64,000 nucleotides of DNA from Eledone cirrhosa (GCA_964016885.1 OZ024742.1:206770001-206834000), one strand, 5' to 3'; positions 40,483 to 55,003 are shown, numbered from the stretch's first letter. Program-made: numbers and translations. Notes: generated by a model from the letters alone, not told the origin.

Positions 40483-42079
40483 ATTTATATATATATACAT
40501 ACACATATGTATTGGGAGGTATGGATAGAGAATTAGATAGAAAGATAAATAGATAAATATGCTCCTTCTCTCTTCCCATATTATGCTTCATTGATAGCCA
40601 CCACTCTCACTATCATCCATCTCTATTGTTAGCTAATACTTTTTCTTACCATGACTCATCTTTGTAGCTATCCCATTATGCTGCTCAATCTCTTTACCAA
40701 CAACCAACATGTAGTTATCACTGCCATCCTTCCATTACTCTTCGTGAATATCCTACCACAATCATGCTCTCTATCTTTCTACACTCTTCTTCATCACTCC
40801 TTTCTATTCCCACACATGGTCATAACTTCCTTGAAAGAATGAAAATAATGAAGGGTAGCAAATATTAAATTATGATGATGATGAGGTATGTATGGATATA
40901 TATATATATATATTACAATTTAGGTGTCACATTCCTGCATACAGATCATGTATATTCCATTTGTATAAATGTGTAGGAATACATACAGTATATAACATAC
41001 CAAGATGGATGGCTTAGGGGTTAAGATATTTGGCTCACAAACCTAAGGTCACGAGTTCTATTCCAGGTGTGGTTTAATATTCTTGAGCAAGCCACTTTAT
41101 TTTACATTGCTCCAATCCACTTGGCTGACAACTCTGCTGAGTTGTACCTATAAAAAAAAGGGCCAACCATATCATTCACTGTGTTATGTTAAATTTCAAA
41201 GGGTACATATCAGTGAAATGCTCAGCAACTTCCATGTTAATTTCATGAGTAGCTATTCTATTGTTTAAACAATTGGAATACCTTTTGCCAGAATTGACAG
41301 AGATCCAACACAACACGTGTAAAGACAATATTTTATGTTTTCTTTGCCTATGTATCTATCAGTCTATCTGTCTATCTGTCTATCTATCTATCTATTTCAC
41401 CTTCTCTCCATCCATCTATTTGCCTATCTGTCTCCCTGTCTATTAACCTCTCTTCTCTCACACACATACAAGCAAGGCAGGATAGCAATAGAATGATATT
41501 AATGAAGGTGAAGATAATGATAAGGAGCATGATCAGTAAGAGAACATTGTTGTTGCTGATGATAATGATGACAATGATAGCAATAGTGATTATTATGATT
41601 ATGGTGATTAGGAAGAGGAAGACAATGAGTGACTGAAATAAGTAAATCAAAGTGTTGCTGCTGATAGTCATGATGGTGGCAGTGCTATTGTTGTTGTTAA
41701 TGATGATGATGGTGGTGGTGGGGGTGGTGATGGAGGTGACTGTGATGGTGATAACGATAATGATAGTAAGGATGTTGATGGTGGCAATGAAGATTTTGAT
41801 ATTGTTGTTTGATTTAGCCCATGTCAATCCCAATCAAGTAGACCTACAATGAAAAGCATTCCAGCCTTGACCATCATGTCTTTTTGTATACATTATTTTA
41901 ATATAACCTTCTGTTTTCTTGATTTGCCTACTTCAATAGTGAATTGTTTTATCCCCTGATCAGGAGATTTGTTGATTTCAGAAAGTACAACTCAGGGCAA
42001 AGATAGAGCAAACTTGTAACTTTTTATCTACTTCTATATATTAGACTTATGTTACTATTGATAGTTCTATATAGGTAAA

Positions 42080-42420
42080 GGGTAAAGACCTCCTTTGATC
42101 ATGAATGACCATGGGATTTGCACCTAGAAAGTTTCCCTCCTAGGCACAGATCAGGGCAAGGTTATTTGTGGAAGACCTGCAGTTGTCCATACCTACCAGT
42201 CACCCCTCTCCATGTCACCATTATTATCCAATGGAAAAGAAAAGGCCGATACAGCTGGGTACCAGTGACATTGCAACTCATTTCTACAGTTGAATAAACT
42301 GGAGCAATGTGAAATAAAGTTTTGCTCAAGAACACAACACAAAGCCCGGTCTGAGAATCAAACTCACAACCTTATGATTGTAAGCCCGACGCTCTAACCA
42401 CTAAGCCATGCACCTTCATG
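42080..42420 (-). mobile_element. tRNA/CORE-like SINE (family B head, different tail)
   Basis: Minus strand catggcttagtggttagagc..gtgagtttgattctcagacc..ttcttgagcaaaactttatttcacattgctccag. Confidence 0.75.
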
Positions 42421-44332
42421 GTTCTATATAAGGACCACATAATATATGAAACTGATAAGAACAGACACTACACTTTGATCTTTGCTAAAAGACTTAGGTG
42501 ATTCTGACAACAAGGCCTTACTCAGTGCTAATATTTCTATAGAGTGGATTAGGAATATTCATAGAGTGTCAGATAACGTGCTTTGTGGAATATAATTACA
42601 TCCCTCTATGCTCTGATTTCAAATTCCACCAAGGTTAGCTTTGCCTTTCATTCTTACAGTGTCAATAAAATAAAGTACTAGTAATGCACTGGGGTCCATT
42701 TAATTGACTTTCCCCTCCACCTAATTTGTTGGCCTAGTGCCTAAAACAGAAACCACTATTTCAATTGAATGATAGCAACATCTCTTCCCCTTGAAAAAAA
42801 ACTAGTTTCCATCTTTTTAAACAATTGATCCTTTCCACTATGTTTCAATCAGAATCGTTTTCAGAATGGAATGACTTTGTCTCAAATGATAGCAGCCACA
42901 ATATACATTGCTTCAATCCTTATTTTATCACTACAAAATCCTCACTAGTCAAGGGTGCCTCTACATAGTCGAAATCTCTCACAATTCCTGCTCTGTTGTC
43001 TTAATTAAGGAAGGATAATGTGATCTTAAATGTACTATCAAAAAATAAGAAATGGTGATGGTCACACCTGGAAGACTATTGAACACATGTCTGCATTATC
43101 TGAGCTCACCTGGGCTAAACAACAACAGCAACTCATGCTAAGATTGTCAAAATCTCAGAATCTGGAAGCTGGGCAAAATTATAACAATTATTTTAAAGCC
43201 CAACAAATTCACATGTGGTATAATATGACACATCACAGTCATATGTCCCTTCTGAAAAATCTAGAAAATCTTATCCTTTGTCTCAGAAAACTACACATAT
43301 AGCAATATCACTACCATAGCTGTTGTTATTATCATGCCCCTGTTCATAAGCACTAGCATGTATATCCACTTCTTATTCATCAACATTGTTAGCATCAACC
43401 TTATAATTGCCATCTTTATTACCAGTGCAGAAATCAGTAACCATTTCTAATAACTCCACTCCTCTTTATTTCCGCACCCACATCATGTTCATTATCATCA
43501 TTAGAATCACCAACAGCAGCAAAATATATTTCATCACGATTGCTGTCGTCATCATCGTCATCATCATGCTTTGTCATCAATAAAGTATTTCTATGCTTCT
43601 ATCAGTATTAGCCATCATGACGAGACTGCTGTTTCAAAAAAGAAAACAATAATGACAACCAAAACAACAAAATACAACTAGCCTCAGGCATATCTTACAT
43701 TCTTCAAAATAGCTTGGTCTTAGATAACCCTTTACAACAACCCTGTTCTCCTTTATATCTAGTTCATTTTCTCTGGCACATTTTTCCATTTCGATTTGGA
43801 GTAAACAAGAAGGTCTTTGTAGAGTGTATGGAAATAGAATGGCAACAATTTTATATTTACTCCTCTCTCTTATCACAGGGATGGGATTGGGGAGCTAAGG
43901 GACAGGGAACCCATTATTGCTTTTTATTTTTTTAAATTAAGAATATTACTTTAGATTAAACTTAACTGAATAATCTAATCTTACAAAATATTATTTTATA
44001 GCCAGTGTGGTCTGAAATATTGAGAAAGGAACAACAATAATAAATAAAACAAAATAAAGAAAGAAATGGTGGCATCAGATTGATTGTAGAAATGGAAATT
44101 TACATTTGCAATCAACATGTTTCCAACCAAACCTAAGAGGGAACTTCTATGCATTGCTAGAAACATTATCACCCCCATCTCAACCAGCAAAATCATCAGC
44201 TACAGCAGTAACACTACCACAATTACCACCAGCAACACCAACACTACCACTAACACAACAACACCATTAATTAGAAAGGCACTGTCTGTGCTGAAAATAG
44301 GAACCAAATATTCTGCAAATCACACTCTATTA

Positions 44333-44518
44333 TATTTGGCAGTATCGGTAGAGGGTTGGACACCATGCTTTGACGCATAGAGTTATGGCCCTTGCCATTC
44401 TGAGTTCAAATCCTGCCGAGGTTAACTTTGCCTTTCATCCTTACGGGGTTGATAAAATAAAGTACCAGTAATGCACTGGGTAATTGCTGGCCTTGTGCCA
44501 AAAGTAGAAACAATTATC
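44333..44518 (+). mobile_element. SINE family A nested in an older repeat
   Basis: Homolog of 14166-14360. Confidence 0.85.
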
Positions 44519-44961
44519 TTAAATAAGTAAAAAGACACATTGAATAAAATATAGTCTTACATACCTCACAAAAGACAGGTTGATCACAGCTGGATTGCCT
44601 TTGATTACAGGCCTGCAGATCAAGGCTGACCTGGAGCTAAACAGGCTCAAACTGTTAAAAATAATCTTATCTCTCCATATTGAAAAAACAGACATTGAAT
44701 AGTTTAACTAGAATAACATTACTATCAACAAAAGCCAGTGAAGGAGCCTGTACATGGTTACTTGCATTGGTAAAAATGGTAGCCACATTTCCTGCAAACA
44801 ATCTTTGAAAGAAGGATACATTGAAGAACATAGTCTTTAATATGGTATACAAAGAGATGAATGTCACGGCTGGGACGCTTTGATTGAATATCTGCTCAAG
44901 CAGAGATGACCTCAGGCTAAACGATAACTCTGACATCACAACCAGAACCAAGAAACCAGCA

Positions 44962-45170
44962 TGGGAGCCTCTATGTGGTCACTTCACGTGCTAGAAATAG
45001 CAGCCAAATCTTCTTCAAATCACAACCTCACTATAAAGGACACATTGAATAATGTGGTCCTAGATGAACTATGTCTGAAAAAAATAAACAAGATAGTCAT
45101 GGCTGGGATGCCTTTTGATTGAATGCCTGCTAGATAACAGCTAACTTGGGGCTAAAAAATAGCAACACCA
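44962..45170 (+). repeat. Representative copy of an old ~200 bp dispersed repeat (core ctagaaatagcagccaaatct..tcaaatcaca)
   Basis: The core recurs at ~7060(-), 23410, 24935(-), 25655, 26990(-), 28755, 45210 and 45670(-), among others. Confidence 0.75.
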
Positions 45171-46218
45171 CAACCTAATTGTGGAACCTGTATATGATCA
45201 TTCAGCATGATAGAAATAATAACCAAATTTCCCATAAATATTTTTTTTAAGGCAGGATATGTGGTTTCATGTCTACAAAACTAAGACAGGATAATTACAG
45301 GTGAAAACTTTTACAATTCTGTCTGTTCAATTCAAACAGACCTAGGATAAAATACCACCACTACAGCCACTACCAGTAGTTTTATATGTTCTAATTTGGA
45401 GTAAACATCATGAATAAAACAAATAAGATCAGGTTAGATGGCTGAGGATCAAATGGGAATTATGTAATAAATGTAAATATCAACAAAACATTTATTGACA
45501 TTAGGGTATAGGTCATAGCTGTGTGGTTAAGAAGTTCATATTGCAACAATGTAGTTCTGAGCTGAATCCAATGACAGCTGTCTGCACAAGCTTATAATCA
45601 TCATGTCCTTCTTGTGAACATTGCATATCTCAGACTACAATGTTTTCCTCATTTTCAAAGACAGAAGGTGCAATTTGAGGTAGATTTGGAAACTATTTCT
45701 AGTAGGTCAAGTGACTATATAGAGGCTCCCTCATTTCTCCAATCTATCTGTTATTATGAGCCACACAAAAATAACAAATTATATTGCTGCTGAAATATAC
45801 GAAATGTTTTGTATTGACTTTCACTTGGATTTAGATTATGGTTATTAGACAATTAACAAGCAGTAGAAAACAATGCAGGCATGTGGCTTAGTGGTTATAG
45901 AACTGGATTCGCAATCATGAGGTTGTGAGTTTAATTCTTGGGTAGGGTGATGTATTGTGTCTTTGAGCAAGACACTTTATTTCACATTGTTCCTTCGGTA
46001 GCTAGTATCAGTAATGGAAAGATCAATGGAAACAATGTTTCCTTGGTCCGATTTGATGAGGTCCACTTTACTCAGCAAGCGAAAGAGGTCTCAGATCTTG
46101 TCGATCGAGCAGAGCGAGAGAAAACAGTTATTAATATTATTAATCAAAGACAGACAAAGATAATATCAAAGAACTAACATTCAAAATGATATCACAAAAC
46201 CTTTCACTTTATATTTTA

Positions 46219-46835
46219 CTAGCAGTGGTACCCGGCATTGCACAGGATATGGTATTTTGGAACGCGAGCCGCCAACAGACCTAATCGTGAAAAAACTGCA
46301 TGCCTGGACAAAATGTAAAGAAAATAAACTGGATACTCTCATGGCTGGATAATCTTTAAGATGTTCCTCGATGAAGCAGGAAAAATGCAGGTTTTCACCT
46401 AATGCGGGCCCTAGGGGATCAAGAAAAAGAATTTTTTTATGTGCATAATATGCCATGGAATTTCGGGAAAATCGGTTACTGGTAATGCCTCAAAAAAGCC
46501 CTAAAAAGCTGAAAAAATGAAGTTTTTTCAACTAATGCGGGCCCTAGGCCATAAAAAGTTGGATCTTCTTTGCTCATGGTATGAAGAAGAGACTGACTAA
46601 TATATAGTTACAATTTCAAGGAAATCGGTCTGACGTAACGCCTCAAAAAACCCCTAAAAAGCCGAAAAAACGCAGTTTTTCACCTAATGCGGGCCCTAGG
46701 GGATCAAAAGGTTATGTGCATAACACTCCCTGAAACATAAGTAATACACATATAAAGTTTGAAAAAAATCGGTTGGGTACTTCTCGAGTTTTAGGGATTC
46801 AAACACACAGACATCCTCAGTTTTATATATATAGA
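46219..46835 (-). mobile_element. Non-autonomous Helitron with three ~140 bp internal subrepeats
   Basis: A|CTAGcagtggtacccggcattgcacagga ... acagacatcctcagttttatatatataga|t; ctaatgcgggccctagg occurs three times. Confidence 0.85.
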
Positions 46836-48439
46836 TTATCAGTGAAACCATAATAGTGTACCCTGCTATTGCTAATAGTGGTCCTTTGAGATCAAATAAA
46901 ATATGTGTAAAACAATTTCATTGTATTAATTTGTGTTTGGTTTAAGGTTGTGAGGAAGTTTTAATGTCTGCCCAAAAGATAATAATGAAAATTATTGCGT
47001 ACAGTTCTCAGGTGCACTACAATCAGATAACATTTTCCAAACCTTCCATAATACTGTTATTAAAAATTGATATTTTTGTCAATAGAGTAAATTCTGTATT
47101 ATGACTACAGAATATCAAGGAACTAAATTTACATAATTGTTTCTACTTTAGGCACAAGGCCAGCAATTATCCAGTGCATTACTGGTACTTTATTTTATCG
47201 ACCCTGTAAGGATGAAAGGCAAAGTCAACATAATGAAATACACTTTTCACTGTATTCTATATTCAAATAATGTAAATTGTGGAGTTTTCTCCCCAGTTTA
47301 ACTTGACTAATGTTAATCATTAAGATTATTATCATCATTTAGGGTGTAATTTTAATGAATTTTGTCGCTCACTACACTGAATATGTTAGCGTTTACTTTT
47401 CAATAAATGTCTCATGAAAGATAATTCTAGTGGTAAGGTGCCAGGATAACTAATGAAATAGAGATAACCCCATAATCTCAACATGCATGACATGAATGTG
47501 ACCACTTTAATTCCACCATGCAAGTGTCTGATATATTTCTCCAGTCTCAAGCAGTTGGAAGGCTAAATTAACCATGACTACATTACAACTGAAAATGTTC
47601 ACAACTACGTGATTTAGTTCATTTGTTTATCACCTCACTAACAAAATGACCTCGATTCAATATTTACATGATCAACAGTAAAGAACAGTTTCTGGGCAAA
47701 AATGATTGAAAGAAATATAATTGCTAACACAACAAATATGCTATGGATGGTTTTATATACATTTGGCTGATTATGTTTCATGTAGTTGTAAGGCAAGATG
47801 TTGTTTTATCGTGCTGACTTGCCACATAAATAAATTGCTTTGTTAAAAGATAAGTTTAGACTCAGAAACATGCTTTCTAATACATAAACAAATTGCTTCT
47901 TTATTGAGTAACATAGTAATGTTGGATGTTTGTATTTGTTCTATTAATATCTATATTATGTAAGGTTCAGTGAGGCTATAATCTGTGCCAATAAAATATC
48001 TGGAAATCAGACATAGTGGCTGGTCTCTTCTAGAAGGAAGAAGATACAGCTATAGAGATACATTTAGTTTTATATAAGTATTTACACATGGAAACCGCAA
48101 GAGTTGCTTTATACACTCTTCCAAATGTTGTTCAAACAAATTTCAACTGAGAAAACAAAGTGTTATAGGTTTGGTAATCTTTTAGAAATAAGACAACACC
48201 AACAATAACAAACAACATTATATCCTTTTCAGATCTCTTTATATTTAAAAGCAATTTGATGATATTTATAAAAGGGAAGTTATTAACTACTTATGAATCA
48301 CTGTTTTAGCTTCTTTTATATGAGAGTTCACTGAACATTTGACACAACTATCTGATCAAATTACTGACAAGCATGGCAATGGACAGTATAATCAAACATT
48401 TATACATTTATACTTTGAAAACAAATATATATTCTTTCT

Positions 48440-49635
48440 AGAGAGAAAGGGCCTCAAAGTCAACATGACAAAGACTAAGGTCCTTATAAGTAGACGAGAA
48501 AACAGAACCCAGATCCCCTCAGGGAAATGGCCTTGCTCAGTATGTAGGAAAGGTGTAGGTAGGAACTCCATTCTCTGCCCCAAATGCAAACAATGGGTAC
48601 ACAAGAGATGTAGCGGGATCTCAGGAAGCTTAATTAAGAATGTAGGATTCACATGCAGCAGCTGTGCTGAAACAGCAAGCAAACAGCCACAGGAAACAAG
48701 TACCACCAATCTCTGGGAGGGCCCTGTAGAAACAGTAGACAGCTTCTGCTACCTAGGTGACCGAATTAGCAACGGAGGTGGGTGCTCAGAAAGTACAATA
48801 ACTAGGGTAAGAACGGGATGGAAGAAGTTTAGGGAACTACTACCACTGCTAGCTGCAAAAGGCTTCTCCCTCAGAATGAAAGGCAGACTGTATGATGCGT
48901 GTATCCGAACAGCGATGTTGCATGGTAGTGAGACCTGGGCGCTGAAGGTGGAAGACTTACGTAGATTAGAGAGAAACGAAGCCTGCATGCTCCGATGGAT
49001 GTGTAACAGTAATATACGTGAACGACAAAGCATAAATGAATTGAGAGAGAGACTGAGCATAAGAGGAATCAAATGCTGCGTGCAGGAGAGGCGGTTACGC
49101 TGGTATGGACATGTGATGCGTATGAAGGATGACAGCTGCATAAAAAGGTGCAGAGCACTAGAAGTTGATGGAAACCGCGGGGTGGGGAGACCCAAGATGA
49201 CTTGGGATGAGGTGATAAAAGCCGACCTTACCCAACTACACCTCTCAAAGTCAATGACACACGACCGTGACTTCTGGCGTCACGCAGTAATACAGGGTAC
49301 CCGACCTCCCATGGGTACATGCTGAAGCATATAAACAATATGCCCCCCCCCCCCCACCGCAAGGTGGTCGTGGAGGTGCCACGGCAAAAAAGCACCCAGC
49401 CCACACTGTAAAGTGGACGTGTAGGCGCCACGAAAAAGCACCCAGCACTCACTGTAAATGAGGTTGGTGTTAGGAAGGGCATCCAGCTGTAGAAATCAAG
49501 CCAGATCAGTTCCTGTATGAGCAAGGCATGGTCAGCCGACCAGACACTGCCCACAACAGGACAACCCGTCTAACCCATGCTAGCGTGGAAGAACGGACGT
49601 AAAACGGTGATGATGATGATGATGATGATGATGAT
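48440..49635 (+). mobile_element. Young 5'-truncated RTE-like LINE with open C-terminal frame, 3' UTR and (GAT)n tail
   Basis: Uninterrupted GLKVNMTKTK..C4HC3 finger..FCYLGD..HGSETW..RRLRWYGHVMR..GRPKMTW. Confidence 0.95.
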
Positions 49636-51482
49636 TCTTTCCTTTCAATGGTATTCCAAAGTCTACCAATGGTGGGGTCATAAATTGAAAGGAATAAAAG
49701 AATTATACTTTTTAATATAATGCCATCAATTGGACATTTTTTTATTATGGAGAGTCATATTATGGCTGAGTGAATCGTAACTATTTTCTGAAAGGTATAT
49801 GTGCACTAGTAGCTTTAGAACAGGGTAACCCTGAGCACTGCCTAGGCTCATAGCAACCTTGCCTGAGCCATACCTATGTTTGCAAAATTTAATCTTAATG
49901 TAACTACATATATACCCAGTTCATTCTATGAACTATACATGTTCATAGCTGAGTCCACTGGGCATTAATACTTCAAACAGTTACTGGAAGAAGAGGGTGG
50001 ACAACAGTAGACTTGAAAAGCTTGTCCAATACTCAGATCTGTCAACATAGATTATGTTGCACTGAGTATCATATGCTTCCCTTTATTTTGGACACTCACA
50101 TTTCAGCAAGAGATAATTTGAAGCGAAGCATCTTCCATCATTTTTGTCTGCAAACTTTTGTGTTGTAATGAATAATTTCTGCTCCACATCAAGCTTCTGG
50201 CAATGATTCCAGAGTCTTTTTCACTAGATATGCCACAGCACAAAGTGTTTCTTCAAGCAAGCATTATGCATTTTAATCTGACTGACTGAATTACTTAGGA
50301 TTTTAGATCTTTGCAAGGAGTCCTTTACTGAAATATTCAAACTGCTTCAAATTGCTGTAACACTACATGTAAGCAATGTGAAATTTTGCAGTTATATTTT
50401 ATCGACTCAGTAGCCGGTTGATGTGAGATGTCGTGATTACATGTGGATGACACTTGGTTAGGGACCGTTATGGAAGAATGAAAGATGGTATCATCTGTGT
50501 AAGAGTGGCCATTGATAGATGTGTTGTCATTGATGTAGAGAAGGAAGACTGCAGGAGGTGGGAGAGTATGTGCCAGGGTACTTGGGGCAGTTCATTTCTC
50601 TTGTGTGTGGGGGGGGGGGTATAGAGGATCATGCTTAAGAAGATGTTTTCACTGTTATATTTGTTATATGTTATATTATTGCCAAATTAGTTACCTCTTT
50701 GGTAAAGGAGAGGAAGAAGAGGGAGAGCAAATGATGGAGAGAGGGTTATGAGGGAGAGAGATAGGAGCAGAAAAGGGGGGAGAAGTAAAGCAATGAAAGA
50801 GAGAAGTGGAAGGAGAGACAGAGAGTGAGAAAAGAGAGAGTGAACTACAATGAGCTTGCTTTAATTAATTCTTTTCCTGAAATTAAAGCCATCCTTAATA
50901 TTCAAAGAAATTTTTTAATGTTAAATTTAGTTGAAATATATATATATCAAAAGTATTGAATATCAGAAATCAAAAGATTCTTGAGTATTATATTAATAAG
51001 TTTATACCAGTAAGGAAATATCAATAAAATGACTGTACAAGAGAGATCAACTAGAAGGAAAATTTAAATAAAATCTTCCAAGTGCTGATATCAATGTAGC
51101 ATAACCTAGAGAACAAATCAATAGAATCTACAAAAGTTCAGAGATCAATAAATGATATCAGCTAAATCTTCCAGAAAGGAAGATAGCAATAACATTTTAT
51201 TGTGTGAATATCACCAAATCTCCCTGGCAGTGATATCAATAGTAGATATGCACTACATGTATATAATTGTTTCTACTTTTGGCACAAGGCCAGCAATAAC
51301 CCAGTGCATTACTGGTACTTTATTTTATCGACCCCGTAAGGATGAAAGGCAAAGTCAACCTACATGTATATAATAAGATGCATTCTGAGACAGGTTGTGC
51401 TGATAATTATAAGTTAGATTGAGGCATCATTTTAGGAAATGTCATGTTTCGGTGACTGTACACTATGTTAAAGGCAGTGAAT

Positions 51483-51906
51483 TCACAGTGGTTAGAGCAT
51501 TGAGCTTGCAATCGAAAGGTTGTGAGTTCAATTCTCAGACCGGGTGATGTGTTGTTTCCTTGAGCAAGACACTTTATTTCACATTGCTCCAGTTTACTCA
51601 GCTGTAGGAATGAGATAATAGGACTGGGATCCCTATCATTCCACTTTAAAGTGGTCGTGGGGATGCCACAGCAAAAAAGCACCCAGCCCACACTGTAAAG
51701 TGGACGTGTAGGCGCCACAGAAAAAAAAGCACCCAGCACTCACTGTAAATGAGGTTGGTATTAGGAAGGGCATCCAGCTGTAGAAATCAAGCCAGAATTG
51801 GTTCCCGTATGAGCAAGAAAAGGTCAGCTGATTGGACACTGCCCACAACAGGACAACATGTCTAATCCATGCTAGCGTGGAAGAATGGACGTAAAACGGT
51901 GATGAT
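51483..51906 (+). mobile_element. Chimeric SINE family B with full RTE 3' UTR
   Basis: tRNA boxes, ccttgagcaagacactt core, then sequence matching 49360-49610. Confidence 0.85.
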
Positions 51907-52051
51907 TAAAGTGGTAAATGAAATGTTTGCCTTCTGTATACTGAATCCAAATGTTACTGAGGCTACTGTGGCTTTCTTCCTTTCAGGGCTAATGAATAAC
52001 ATATCTATATAGAGGCATACTGATGGGATCATTAAATTTTGAGTTTAACTA

Positions 52052-52274
52052 TTTAACATTTAAACCAGCCATATCCGTCCAGAATTCTCTCTCATCTCTT
52101 TCTGTTCAAACTAGCTTTAACCGGCTGCTCATACTGATGTTAAAATATTGTTCTCAAAATAAATAATATCAAAATCTCATAGATTTGATATTTTATGAGA
52201 TAATTATGTGAGGTAAAGACTTTACCATGAAAATATAATAGTATATATAGAGTAATATAAATGCTAAAAAGTTA
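52052..52274. mobile_element. piggyBac-type MITE, degenerate, inverted relative to 6849-7046
   Basis: atcaaaatctcatagatttgatatt is the reverse complement of 6905-6930; TTAA ends. Confidence 0.7.
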
Positions 52275-52599
52275 AATCCTGCCATGATCTGCAATCCAAC
52301 ATGGAAAGGCTTGGAACCCAATCATGTACAAACCGATGTTAACTAGTTCATTCTGGATAGTTTTAGAGGAGACCATAGTATTTAACATGTTGAGAACACG
52401 ATTCTATCCATGTTAACTATGGATAGGTTTAGAGGTCGTCACACTATTTAACATGCTAAGAACATACAATACCTGATAATAATGATTCTGCTAATAATTA
52501 CTGCAATAAATATGAAATAGGTAGAAATGATTAATAGAAGTTTCTATATATACTTGTGATATATTACTGAAGCACTTCCATTGTGTATTCAGGTAATAC

Positions 52600-54420
52600 A
52601 CTGAATTAAAGAGTATAAATTCAGATCACCAGTAATTACATGCCCCGCATCCTGGTAGCAGAATCTAGAACTTTCACAATCGCATAACCCATCGCAAGCC
52701 CTACTGAATTCCTCAGTGCTAATATTCACTTGATATGAATAACTGACACAAATTCTCTATCCCTTACCTCCTCGGGCAAGCATCCATGTACCTTCCTATT
52801 TCTAAAAATCGAATTCAAGCCTAACGTATTCAGTAATTTATTAACGAATGGAATCCTGAAAAATTCCATGCTGGCCTTTTTATCTTTATCCTTTGTGTCC
52901 TTTAACTATCTTCCAAAAACTAACCTCGGATGTCCTTTCTTCGCACCTTCCCATCAAATCTCTTAGTTTGCTCTTCGAACATGATCTAAGCCACACAAAA
53001 CACTGTTAACGATCTCTGGACCTATAGATCTTGAACAGTTTCTTCCAACCATTATCTTACATAATTATCTCACATAATATCAAATCTATGAGATTTTGAT
53101 TATATTTATTTTGAGAACAATACCTTAACGTCAGTATGAGCGGCAGGTTTATGGTTTGAACAGAAAGAGGTGAGAAAATTCTGGCCGGACACAGTCAGTT
53201 TAAATGCTAAAGGGTTAATCACTACCCTCCAAATATTTCCTTAAGAAAGATTTGAATTTCACCAACACCATTACACTGATTAATAAATCCAACATTGAAA
53301 TAATTAATTACTCCAGAAAATTCCTCCAGTTTATTTATGACACAGCTTGAATCAAAATTGATGGAAAAGAATTATTTGATATCTCTATGGGCTGGTATAA
53401 CGGCGCTAAACCACACAAGCTTGTAGCACTTTACATTCCAAATATTTTGAAAAAAATTCCCTACAGTAAAAAGCAGAATCTAAAAGGACAACACAAATTA
53501 TTAGTGGATGCAGACTTTATGGATTTAGGAAGGTCTTAATAAAAGCATTTAATGAAATACATGTGCGTATAGCACGAGAAACTAATCTTATTATTGTAAA
53601 TTCCTTGAATACTATGCTAAGTATTGCATATAAACAATTCCAAAGCTGACTTTAGTCAAGCTGTAATGGTTAACAAAGCAAGAGAGTTCCTTGAAATAAT
53701 GTCCTACCACTTCCTGGTGAACAACAAATATCACAAAATATCTAACCGAAACATTGCCAAAGGGAACTACTCCGCATAGGAAAAATTTGTTACTTGCATT
53801 AAAATTCACAGTAGTAAAGAAAATACTGATGATAAAACTTCAAATACAGTATCTACGTGCAACTGTGCATTAGTCCTCATAGGCATCCACTTGATGGTAG
53901 CTCCCTTGCGAAATTTGTAATTATTTTGTTAAAATTCACTTAAGAGTCAACTCTTCAAAACTGGTTGTATCATGGCCTGGAGGCCATGGAGCATATCCCA
54001 CAATGAAATATGATGAGATGTACAGACATACCTAATAGGCATTCCTAAGTGGATCAAAGGCAATGCATATTCCAAAGCTATTGGTTATACCGTCGCCAAC
54101 TACTCAAGACCTGGGACAAATCCTACATTGGACTGACCGAAAACAGCTTCAAATCATGAATTCATCAACATAATCATTCCTTTGTTATTCCTTAAAGATG
54201 CAGCACGACAGCTTCAGCAAAGTATATTATGTTTCAAACCACATTGGCCATTCCTTGGCTACATATGACCTTATCGGTATGGAAGCTTCTTGTCTAAAGG
54301 CTCATTGTGCTTATCGGAGAAAATGCTTATGCTGCATCTAAATTTAAAAAAAAAATCTCAGGTCAAAGATGTTAAATTGTATACATGAAATACATTTTAG
54401 CCCATTATAAACCAGGCACA
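52600..54420 (+). pseudogene. Eroded Penelope-like element (RT plus GIY-YIG endonuclease), interrupted by a MITE at ~53050-53218
   Basis: Hand translation gives IEIINYSRK..ELFDISMGWYNGAKPHKLVALYI (cf. FDVTMGSYDGAExCELVGLY), ETNLIIVNSLN, HFLVNNKYHKISNRN, TCNC..PLDGSSL, YIGLTENSFK..HNHSF..AKYI, LCLSEK. The 5' boundary is approximate. Confidence 0.8.
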
Positions 54421-54645
54421 TTAAAATCATTTTGTTTTGCTTGGAAGTTGAAATGTATAGTGAAACTTTGCAGTCATATCAGTCACTTCACAATTTCGCT
54501 GCAACATTTGTAAATTTATAATTAAATTTTTATCACAGATACATACAAATGTGTGCATATATATATATATGTGTGTGTGCATATATATATGTGTATATAT
54601 ATGTATATATATATATATATATATATGTGTGGGTGTGTGTGGGTG

Positions 54646-55003
54646 TGTATAAAAATAACATTAAGAAAAATGGTGTAATTACATTATAATTATTTCTATG
54701 GCTACCCTTATGCAATCCAAGATATGCTTGCTGAGCACACAAGAAGAACATGCTTTTGCCTGCAGCATATCACATAAACGAATATTCATCTGAGGAATGG
54801 GCTCCCATACCATTATCAAATGCAAATACTGCATCTTGGATTGCAGTAGGGTAGCCATAGAAATAATTATAATGAATAAAAGCTTTATGTAATCACATCA
54901 TCTTTCTTAATGTTATTTTTATACATAATCTCCATTGTAACTACACACAACGAATGTAAAGAGCTTTCTCCTGCTTTTACCAAAATAAATTTTTTACTGA
55001 ACA
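54646..55003 (+). mobile_element. Hammerhead element with inverted partial copy (arms 54646-54724 / 54833-54925) and tail
   Basis: Inverted arms visible; flanked by (TA)/(TG) repeats. Confidence 0.8.
54783..54878 (+). ncRNA. Type I minimal hammerhead ribozyme motif
   Basis: tattcat-CTGAGGA-atgg..ccc..tactgca/tgcagta..ggg..ccat-a-GAAA-taattat-A-atgaata. Perfect 7-bp stem I and palindromic stem III ATAATTAT; one extra A before GAAA. Confidence 0.75.

Noticed and set aside
49370-49470. Spaced repeats aaaagcacccagc..cactgtaaa as a CRISPR array
   Set aside because: Eukaryotic context, only 2-3 units, similar spacers, and located in a LINE 3' UTR.
52337-52465. Two ~65-75 bp tandem units
   Set aside because: An ordinary local duplication with no further structure evident.
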